The notes under the pieces: model-generated | What the model saw: only the letters and a program-made list of their open reading frames with translations | Told to the model about the DNA's origin: nothing | Databases searched by the model: none | Translations under genes and position numbers: made by a program | Part shown: one piece after another, positions 34,933-41,960 of the stretch | Position numbering within the stretch: position 1 is the first letter of the stretch | Layout: every line of letters begins with the position of its first letter | DNA from: a virus | UHGV virus genome: UHGV-0179878 | Reading direction: 5' to 3' (one strand) | DNA length: 43,949 nt

Positions 34933-35706
34933 TTATAGTTCAAATTGACTTACGTCTACGCCATATTTGATTGCCATACTCTTAATCACTGAAATATAAA
35001 TTTCAATCAATCTTGGTTCATCAGTAATTACATCTAATTTTGAAAGTTTATTAATCTGTGACTTAGTCGCACCTTGTGAAAGCATTTTTGCTTTGCGATT
35101 ATTTAATCGTTGTTCTAACTTGCAACGTCCTTTTTCTTCAAGTAACTTGTAAGCCTCAATTCTTACTTTCTGATGTTTCTCTCCACCACCTAAATGTTGT
35201 GCTATTGCACCTAGCATTTTGTTAGTATCGTTACGCCAATTCTTAGTTTCAATACCTACAATATTTCTAATTCCAGTGATTTCACGTTTCATTTCTTTAT
35301 TAAATTGTTCTTGGTCTTTCTGTACTTTGAACATCATTTCTAATGCTTGCATTGGTGTTTGTGGTACATTCAGTTGAGATTGCTTGATATGTTCGTCCAT
35401 CTTATGGAATGCGTCTACATACATTGCTGTAAATAAAACACCTTTTGAACCAGTCATTTTATTTGCTACCATGTCGCAACCTTTTTTAGTTAAAAGATAA
35501 TGTTTTGTATACCTGCCGTTTTCTCCTAAATATCTCGATTCTACAAAGTAATCTTCAGAGCTCAATTTTGAGCTTTGTAATAATACACTTTTGTAATTAT
35601 CTATATCCCTTATTAAATTTTTATGTTGTTTATCAACCATTTCTGCTACTTCTCGACTGTCTACATAAAATTCGTTATTATGTTCTATTACTTGTAAATC
35701 TTGCAT
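34933..35706 (-). CDS. Antirepressor (phage Rha-family N-terminal domain).
   Basis: 257 aa. MQDLQVIEHNNEFYVDSREVAEMVDKQHKNLIRDI matches the Rha signature. Confidence 0.65.
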   Translation of the reverse strand: MQDLQVIEHNNEFYVDSREVAEMVDKQHKNLIRDIDNYKSVLLQSSKLSSEDYFVESRYLGENGRYTKHYLLTKKGCDMVANKMTGSKGVLFTAMYVDAFHKMDEHIKQSQLNVPQTPMQALEMMFKVQKDQEQFNKEMKREITGIRNIVGIETKNWRNDTNKMLGAIAQHLGGGEKHQKVRIEAYKLLEEKGRCKLEQRLNNRKAKMLSQGATKSQINKLSKLDVITDEPRLIEIYISVIKSMAIKYGVDVSQFEL

Positions 35707-35755
35707 ATTGTTTATGCTCCTTTCTGCTATACTCCTTATAAAAGGAGGTGATTTT

Positions 35756-35962
35756 ATGAAAAATATTTATGCTTGTTTACTTGGCGAATGGGTAAATCTA
35801 TCTGAATCAAATGATGTTGTAATTGATAACGCATATACAGATATAAATCTTTGGTATAAAGAACAAATCGATAACTTGTTCAATTTCAACTACATCAACA
35901 TTAAAATTGATAATGTGAATTACCGAATCCACCCTAGTTTCATTCAAGTTTTAACTAAGTGA
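35756..35962 (+). CDS. Small plus-strand hypothetical protein (68 aa).
   Basis: Strong RBS AAAGGAGGTG 6 nt upstream of ATG (MKNIYACLLGEW...). Opposite strand to its neighbours. Confidence 0.45.
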   Translation: MKNIYACLLGEWVNLSESNDVVIDNAYTDINLWYKEQIDNLFNFNYINIKIDNVNYRIHPSFIQVLTK

Positions 35963-36115
35963 TTTTCTAATTGTTTTACAGCTATGACTGTCAAGCTCTA
36001 CCTTGACGGTCTTATGGCTGTAAGCTTTGCTAACTTCATGTGCAATTCTGTCCCACTCGTATTTAGGCATGCCTTCTATTATTTTTAAAATCGCATCTAA
36101 TTTTTCTTCTTTCAT
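35951..36115 (-). CDS. Small hypothetical protein downstream of cro (54 aa).
   Basis: RBS AAGGAGGA, then ATG. MKEEKLDAILKIIEGMPKYEWDRIAHEVSKAYSHKTVKVELDSHSCKTIRKSLS. Confidence 0.4.
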   Translation of the reverse strand: MKEEKLDAILKIIEGMPKYEWDRIAHEVSKAYSHKTVKVELDSHSCKTIRKSLS

Positions 36116-36127
36116 TTGAATTCCTCC

Positions 36128-36370
36128 TTAAGTTGTTTGTGGTTCTCGTTTCATTTTTGAGACATTGTGATTAAAAAAATAATCATCCATACTAATATCT
36201 AAAACATCGCAAATCGCACTTGCTTCATCAATAGTAAAATTGCTTTTGTTTTTATTAATCTTTTGACTAAAGCGTGCAGGATTCATACCAATCATGTTAG
36301 CGACATCTTTATGAGAATACTTACTCTCATCAATGAAATTTCGTAAATCTTGATATCTCTTTTTATTCAT
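36128..36370 (-). CDS. Cro-like XRE-family HTH regulator.
   Basis: 80 aa. HTH ...HKDVANMIGMNPARFSQKINK... Transcribed divergently from the repressor gene. Confidence 0.7.
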   Translation of the reverse strand: MNKKRYQDLRNFIDESKYSHKDVANMIGMNPARFSQKINKNKSNFTIDEASAICDVLDISMDDYFFNHNVSKMKREPQTT

Positions 36371-36414
36371 GTTTTTATCACCTCTTTCGTCTCATTTATG
36401 AGATTACACTAATT

Positions 36415-36443
36415 ACTATACAAGGCGACTGTTTCGTTGTCAA
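36415..36443 (-). promoter_or_regulatory. Early (cro) promoter.
   Basis: Minus strand: TTGACA (36438..36443), 17-nt spacer, TATAGT (36415..36420). Confidence 0.6.
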
Positions 36444-36484
36444 CGAATAAATTTCATTTTTGAGAAATAAATTTGTAAAATGTG

Positions 36485-36532
36485 TTGCAAATATGAGAAC
36501 AAACTTATATAATAAGTTTGTAAAAAACAAAC
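36485..36532 (+). promoter_or_regulatory. Repressor promoter with overlapping operator inverted repeats.
   Basis: TTGCAA (36485..36490), 17 nt, TATAAT (36508..36513). The inverted repeat ACAAACTT-ATATAAT-AAGTTTGT (36499..36521) overlaps the -10. A second repeat GTTTGT-AAAAA-ACAAAC sits at 36516..36532. An imperfect repeat ATTTGTAA-N6-TTGCAAAT sits at 36470..36492. Confidence 0.55.
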
Positions 36533-36545
36533 AAGGAGTAAAAAC

Positions 36546-36878
36546 ATGACTAATTTCTCAGACAACCTTAGTAAATTAAGAAAATCACGTGACTTATCAT
36601 TAAAAGAATTGAGTGACAGACTTAATGCAAAATATGAAGTTAAATTTTCAAAAGCATCAATAGATCGATGGGAAAAAGGTGTTACTAGCCCTTCTATGGA
36701 ACATGCTAGCGCGTTATCGGATTACTTTAACGTATCTTTGGATGAGTTAAGTGGAAGAAAAGAAATGAAAATCGAGGAACCTCAAACACTAGCCGCGCAT
36801 TTAGAAGGCGAGCTAAAAAAGGAGGATGTAGACTATATTTTAAGTTTGATTGATAGATTTAAAAACGAAGATAAATAA
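36546..36878 (+). CDS. CI-like repressor (XRE HTH only, no S24 peptidase domain; ImmR-like).
   Basis: 110 aa. ...LSLKELSDRLNAKYEVKFSKASIDRWEKG... is HTH_XRE. First gene of the plus-strand lysogeny operon. Confidence 0.7.
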   Translation: MTNFSDNLSKLRKSRDLSLKELSDRLNAKYEVKFSKASIDRWEKGVTSPSMEHASALSDYFNVSLDELSGRKEMKIEEPQTLAAHLEGELKKEDVDYILSLIDRFKNEDK

Positions 36879-36883
36879 AGGGA

Positions 36884-37354
36884 TTGATTTTATTGTCACA
36901 TTACGAAGAATTACTTACTAAGAATGAACACATTAAAATTAAAGACACACACTCGTTACCTAATGGATATAGTGGTTTTTATAAAGATGGAGTAATACTT
37001 ATCGATAAAAACCTGTCTGAAAGACGTAAAGCTGAGGTATTATACGAAGAACTAGCACACCATAAACTTACATATGGAAACATCTTAGACCAATCTAAAT
37101 TCAACAACCGTAAATTTGAAAACTACGCTAGGCGTCACGGATATGAAGCTGCCCTACCTTTACGCATTATTGTGGAGGCGCATAACTATGGTGTTAGTAA
37201 CTTATATGAATTAGCTGAATATGTACAATTAAGCGAGGGATATATAGTAGAAATATTGAAACATTACAAAAATAAATATGGTATTGGAACTCACCACGGA
37301 GAATACCTAATTACATTTGATCCATTGAGGGTTTTTAAATATAAAGAAATATAA
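36884..37354 (+). CDS. ImmA/IrrE-like metallopeptidase (DUF955).
   Basis: 156 aa, TTG start. ILIDKNLSERRKAEVLYEELAHHKL aligns to B. subtilis ImmA ILVNSNISERRQRFTIAHELGHYLL. Classic repressor plus protease pairing. Confidence 0.55.
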   Translation: MILLSHYEELLTKNEHIKIKDTHSLPNGYSGFYKDGVILIDKNLSERRKAEVLYEELAHHKLTYGNILDQSKFNNRKFENYARRHGYEAALPLRIIVEAHNYGVSNLYELAEYVQLSEGYIVEILKHYKNKYGIGTHHGEYLITFDPLRVFKYKEI

Positions 37355-37370
37355 AAAGGAGAAATGTAAA

Positions 37371-37937
37371 ATGAAAAAGATTTTATTTTTAATATTTGCA
37401 AGCTTATTAGTATTAGGTGCATGTGGACAAAACGGGGATAACTCGAATAAAGATGATAATAAGAAGTCTGAAAGCAAATCAGATAAGAAGTCGAATGGTC
37501 CGAAGAAATCAGATAGTAAGGATAAATCAAACAAAAACACTAATTACGAAAAACAACAAGCTAGTTCAGATGATATTAACAATGATACTACTAGCAATAA
37601 ATCTGAAAGCACATCTAAAAATAACAATAGCAAAACTCAAAGTGATAATGGTAATAATGAACGACCACAAGGTAAACAAACTCAAGCAACACAACAAAAC
37701 AACAATCAGCAACAAGCTAATAACAACCAACAAACACAAAATAATAATGGTTACATGACCCAATCAGAAATTGACGAATGGAATAGAACGAAAACAACTA
37801 CTCACAATGAGTCACAAATGGAGGGAGTACCGCAAAATAATCAAAATCAACGTGTAGATCGTAGAAGTTTTAACGAACCATTGCCACGTTCAACTACAAA
37901 TGGAGTGGCAAATGAGGCGTGGGACGGAAAAATATAA
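37371..37937 (+). CDS. Lipoprotein, Asn/Gln/Lys-rich low-complexity.
   Basis: 188 aa. Signal peptide with lipobox LVLGAC-G. Long N/Q/K-rich region. Own terminator downstream. Confidence 0.65.
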   Translation: MKKILFLIFASLLVLGACGQNGDNSNKDDNKKSESKSDKKSNGPKKSDSKDKSNKNTNYEKQQASSDDINNDTTSNKSESTSKNNNSKTQSDNGNNERPQGKQTQATQQNNNQQQANNNQQTQNNNGYMTQSEIDEWNRTKTTTHNESQMEGVPQNNQNQRVDRRSFNEPLPRSTTNGVANEAWDGKI

Positions 37938-37945
37938 TATTTCAT

Positions 37946-37975
37946 GGGTAGCTCGCCTACCCTTATTATTTTTTT
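37946..37975 (+). terminator. Intrinsic terminator after the lipoprotein gene.
   Basis: GGGTAG-CUCGC-CUACCC, then UUAUUAUUUUUUU. Confidence 0.6.
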
Positions 37976-37988
37976 ACTTTTTTAAGGG

Positions 37989-39368
37989 GTGATGAATTAT
38001 GAACGTAGCTATTTACGTTCGTGTCAGGTCAGTACATTAGAACAAAAAGAACATGGTTATTCTATTGAAGAACAAGAAAGAAAGCTCAAATCATTTTGCG
38101 AGATAAATGACTGGAGCATTTCAGATGTATTTATAGACGCTGGTTTCTCTGGTGCTAAACGTGAACGACCAGAATTACAACGAATGATGAATGATATTAA
38201 ACGGTTTGATTTGGTTTTAGTGTATAAGTTAGATAGGCTTACACGTAATGTACGTGATCTACTTGATTTATTAGAGGTATTCGAACAGAATAACGTAGCA
38301 TTCAGAAGTGCTACTGAAGTTTATGATACATCTACAGCTATGGGTAGACTGTTTGTTACGTTAGTTGGCGCTATGGCAGAGTGGGAAAGAGAAACCATTA
38401 GAGAGCGTGTTATGATGGGGAAACGCGCGGCGATTAAACAAGGCATGATACTTACACCACCACCCTTTTATTATGACCGTGTAGATAATACTTACATTCC
38501 TAATGATTATAAAAAAGTAGTTTTGTGGGCATATGACGAAGTGATGAAAGGTAATAGTTCAAAAGCTATAGCTAGAAAATTAAACGATTCAGATATACCA
38601 CCTCCTAATGGTAAAAGGTGGGAAGATAGAACAATAACGAGAGCGCTAAGAAACCCTATAACAAGAGGTCATTATACTTGGGGAGATGTATTTATAGAAA
38701 ACTCTCACGAGCCTATCATTACCGAAGAAATGTATCAACAAATAAAAGAAAGATTAGAAGAACGGATCAATACTAAAATAGTCAGTCACGTATCAGTATT
38801 CAGAGGTAAATTTATTTGCCCGAGATGTGGTGGCACATTAACAATGAACACAGCAACAAGAAAGAGAAAAAAAGGGTATGTTACTTATAAAACGTATTAT
38901 TGCAACACGTGTAAGACTAGAAAACAAAGTTTCGGTTTTTCAGAGAATGAAGCATTGAGAGTGTTTCGTGATTACCTATCTAAACTAGACTTAGATAAAT
39001 ATGAAGTAAAGACAAAACAAAAAGATGATGTTGTTACTATTGATATAGATAAAATTATGGAACAACGTAAAAGGTATCATAAGTTATATGCTAAGGGGTT
39101 AATGCAAGAAGAAGAATTATTTGAATTGATTAAAGAAACAGACGAAACAATTGCAGAATATGAAAAACAAAAAGAATTAGTACCCAGAAAAATACTAGAT
39201 ATAGATAAGATAAAAAGTTTTAAAAATGTATTGTTGGAATCATGGAATATATTCTCGTTAGAAGATAAAGCCGACTTTATTAAAATGGCTATTAAATCTA
39301 TAGACATAGAGTATGTAGAGCTTAAGAATAGGCATTCCATTGAAATAAAAGAGATAGAATTTTATTAA
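37989..39368 (+). CDS. int: Large serine recombinase (integrase), with a frameshifted N-terminus.
   Basis: 459 aa ORF. ...VSTLEQKEHGYSIEEQ...DAGFSGAKRERPELQRMM...LVYKLDRLTRNVRDL... is the resolvase catalytic domain. Recombinase domain and zinc ribbon (CPRCGG...CNTC) follow. The canonical start MNVAIYVRV is in the +1 frame (37999..38025) and is cut off by a GTCAG-GTCAG duplication. Confidence 0.8.
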   Translation: MMNYERSYLRSCQVSTLEQKEHGYSIEEQERKLKSFCEINDWSISDVFIDAGFSGAKRERPELQRMMNDIKRFDLVLVYKLDRLTRNVRDLLDLLEVFEQNNVAFRSATEVYDTSTAMGRLFVTLVGAMAEWERETIRERVMMGKRAAIKQGMILTPPPFYYDRVDNTYIPNDYKKVVLWAYDEVMKGNSSKAIARKLNDSDIPPPNGKRWEDRTITRALRNPITRGHYTWGDVFIENSHEPIITEEMYQQIKERLEERINTKIVSHVSVFRGKFICPRCGGTLTMNTATRKRKKGYVTYKTYYCNTCKTRKQSFGFSENEALRVFRDYLSKLDLDKYEVKTKQKDDVVTIDIDKIMEQRKRYHKLYAKGLMQEEELFELIKETDETIAEYEKQKELVPRKILDIDKIKSFKNVLLESWNIFSLEDKADFIKMAIKSIDIEYVELKNRHSIEIKEIEFY

Positions 39369-39375
39369 CATATGT

Positions 39376-39423
39376 ACGGAAGTATAGACACTTGATTAAT
39401 ATTTAATGTGTATACTTCCGTAT
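39376..39423. repeat. Inverted repeat downstream of int. Could be the int terminator, part of attP, or both.
   Basis: TACGGAAGTATA-N24-TATACTTCCGTA perfect 12-bp arms, extended by imperfect symmetry around a central AATATT. Followed by TTTTTGTTT. Confidence 0.4.
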
Positions 39424-39440
39424 TTTTGTTTATAGAACCC

Positions 39441-39465
39441 GTCGAATTCGACGGGTTTTGATTAT
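39441..39465 (+). terminator. Intrinsic terminator.
   Basis: CCCGTCGA-AT-TCGACGGG palindrome followed by TTTTG. Confidence 0.55.
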
Positions 39466-39680
39466 CCGTGTCGAAATCGAGGCGTTTGAAATAAAAAACC
39501 ACCACACTCAAAAGAATGTGGTAGCAAAAATTATAAAGGAGTAAAAAAGATTAAATTGTATGTAATTTAATTGTAGCATAGATCGTGTAACCAATGTAGT
39601 GTTAAACTATGTTTTTTTAATATCAATCTAACATCTTCATATTATAGACATAATTAATTATATTTTATAAGAAGGGTAGC

Positions 39681-39701
39681 CATAGCGACTACCCTTGTAT
39701 A
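39681..39701 (-). terminator. Hairpin just downstream of the endolysin stop.
   Basis: GGGTAG-N9-CTACCC stem with a U-rich tract on the minus strand. The stem sequence is shared with the 37946 terminator. Confidence 0.45.
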
Positions 39702-39723
39702 ATGACGTGGTAATTCAATTATA

Positions 39724-41127
39724 TCATTTCCAGTCTATTTTACCCCAGTATTTTTCATTTTTGATTTTTTGTTGTTTGTCTGTGATTTTACAAACGGCAC
39801 AATAGAAATGTTTATTACTTGAGCCTGGCTGAACATATTTAAATCTAATCCACCAGTACCCATCTTTTTTGATTACTTGGTCAAAAGGAACATAATTCCC
39901 CTTGTATAACCACGAACCACTTTCAACTACAGTACCTTTAAGTCCAGGTGACTTACGTACTTTAATAGTACTGTTAGCAGTGAATTTACCTCCCCAGTTC
40001 CACGTTATTTTAATTTTAGACGGCTTACTCTTAGGCGCATTGATTTGTCTACCGTTGATAGCCTCTGCAAGTCGTTTAGTAAAACTGTTGATGTTCTTAG
40101 TGATATAGTCCATGTCTTTTTTACTAGTGATAAAACCTAACTCAATCAATCTGTAATTTAAATTGAGTTGGCCTGTAACGTTAGCATTTAATAAATCATT
40201 TCTAGGTGTTACACCTCTAATTTTACCAACCGTCTTACCTAGTGCGCTAGATAACGCTTTGTCTATATCATCTGCAGGATACCTGTCACTTACAATGACA
40301 TGACCACCACTTGCTTGAGGACTAGCAGCATCTAAGTGGAATTCTACAATGACATCAGGCTTAACATTCTTTTTAACCCAATATAAACCATAGTCGGAAT
40401 AATTACCTACACGTTGTCCATATAACGTATCTTGATACAAGTCTTGATTCATTGATTTGCCACCGTATAAAACAACTGTATTACCTACACTTTCAAGATA
40501 TTTCTTTATTCTAGGAATAATTTCCTTTCTATTGAAGTCACGTTCATTATATCCGTTTGCTACGGCGCCTGGATCATTTGAATAAGCACCTTTACCATGA
40601 CCTGCAACAAGCAAGATTTTCTTACCTTTCTTAGCTTTTGCTTTCTTAACTGGTTTAGCTTTGCTTTTAACTTTGTTCTTAGTCATTTCTTTAGCGTAGA
40701 ATGGTCTAATAAACCACATAGGAAAATCGTAGCCATGTGTACGTCTTGTAGTAACTTCAGGAGGTGTCCAATACGCACCGCCAACCCAATTTTGCTCCAG
40801 TATAGTTATAGAGTTAGAAGTAGCAGAAATAACGATACCTACGTGACCATAACCCCCGCCATAATTCCTGTTGAATATTACAACATCTCCAGGCTTAGCT
40901 AAAAATGATAGTGTATTTTCATAAACAGTAGCTTCTCCTGTAAAATTGTTCCATGTCGGAATGTCTGCAGCACCCACACCTTTTAAAGTATGACCGAATA
41001 AATAAAGCCAATATTGGTTGGCTACGTCGAAACATTGAAAACCATAAGCACCGTCAGGGTTTAACGCTTTGCCCTCTAAACTTTTTAAATATGCAATTGA
41101 TTGTTTATATGTTCTGACAGATGTCAT
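39724..41127 (-). CDS. Endolysin: CHAP + Amidase_3 + SH3b.
   Basis: 467 aa. N-terminal ...GAYGFQCFDVANQYW...KPGDVVIF...GHVGIV...LEQNW is a CHAP domain. ...LLVAGHGKGAYSNDPGAV... is Amidase_3. The W/Y/G-rich C-terminus is SH3b. Similar to phi11 LytA. Confidence 0.9.
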   Translation of the reverse strand: MTSVRTYKQSIAYLKSLEGKALNPDGAYGFQCFDVANQYWLYLFGHTLKGVGAADIPTWNNFTGEATVYENTLSFLAKPGDVVIFNRNYGGGYGHVGIVISATSNSITILEQNWVGGAYWTPPEVTTRRTHGYDFPMWFIRPFYAKEMTKNKVKSKAKPVKKAKAKKGKKILLVAGHGKGAYSNDPGAVANGYNERDFNRKEIIPRIKKYLESVGNTVVLYGGKSMNQDLYQDTLYGQRVGNYSDYGLYWVKKNVKPDVIVEFHLDAASPQASGGHVIVSDRYPADDIDKALSSALGKTVGKIRGVTPRNDLLNANVTGQLNLNYRLIELGFITSKKDMDYITKNINSFTKRLAEAINGRQINAPKSKPSKIKITWNWGGKFTANSTIKVRKSPGLKGTVVESGSWLYKGNYVPFDQVIKKDGYWWIRFKYVQPGSSNKHFYCAVCKITDKQQKIKNEKYWGKIDWK

Positions 41128-41402
41128 TAGAAATCATCTCCGTTCATTTGAGGTGCTCCGCCTGTTGAGTCTGTTCCAGCTTTAACTTCATGCAATTTTT
41201 GTTGTCCTTTTTGTGCCGCGTGAGAGAAATTATTATTTTTCCACCAAGTCCATAAAGACACTGCACCAGTGATAATAGAGCTGATAGTCACTTCATCTAC
41301 TGGAATAGGCGAAATGTTTTTAGTAGCTAAAAATTGGTTAACCCAAGCTAAAATAAATACGATTGTTCTTACAATTGAACCTACATCTGTTTTCATACTC
41401 AT
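41127..41402 (-). CDS. Holin (phi11-type, phage_holin_1).
   Basis: 91 aa. ...IVFILAWVNQFLATKNISPIPVDEVTISSIITGAV... closely parallels phi11 holin ...LILALVNQFLANKGISPIPVDEETISSIIL... Overlaps the lysin start. Confidence 0.85.
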   Translation of the reverse strand: MSMKTDVGSIVRTIVFILAWVNQFLATKNISPIPVDEVTISSIITGAVSLWTWWKNNNFSHAAQKGQQKLHEVKAGTDSTGGAPQMNGDDF

Positions 41403-41596
41403 ATCTCCTTTTAGATAAATTAAAAAGCCAACGCAAAGCGTCGGCTATCAAATTATTCTATACATTCACTTTTTCTGGATCATATTCAACACCCGTTAAT
41501 TCTAAATATTCTTCAGGTGTTACAAATCCTCTTTTAACAAATAAAGCAAACTGTTCGTTTGTATAATATCCCATTTTATAATATTTAACTCCGATA

Positions 41597-41948
41597 TCAT
41601 GCATTTGTTGTGCCTCCTAAAATTTGAATAGTTAAATCAGATATATCTTTTCTAACATCGTTTAATTCTTCTTGTGTTTTTAGTAATTCTAAAGAAAGCT
41701 CAGCTATAACTGTATCTTTCTCATCGATTTCATTTGGATTAGGTTCAAATATTTCTTGTTTCTTTTTCCATTCTTCACACGACGTCCCTATCCATTCACT
41801 ACCATTAAAATGCATTGGCTCATATATATCGTTTGGAGGTTGTACTTCTGTGTACTTGTCTACATCGTAGTTGAGTTCGTTCATTTCATCGTACATTACC
41901 AATTCTGGTTTCCCGTTAGATACATCGTAAATTTGTTTGTATTCCATA
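41597..41948 (-). CDS. Hypothetical protein between the tail fibre and holin genes.
   Basis: ORF 41597..42016. The better start is the internal ATG (MEYKQIYDV...) with RBS AAGGATG 7 nt upstream. Confidence 0.5.
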
Positions 41949-41960
41949 TTTTCACATCCT

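Noticed and set aside
37999-38040. Programmed translational frameshift in the integrase.
   Set aside because: There is no slippery heptamer or known recoding signal. The shift is explained exactly by a 5-bp direct duplication, so a mutation or sequencing error is far more likely.
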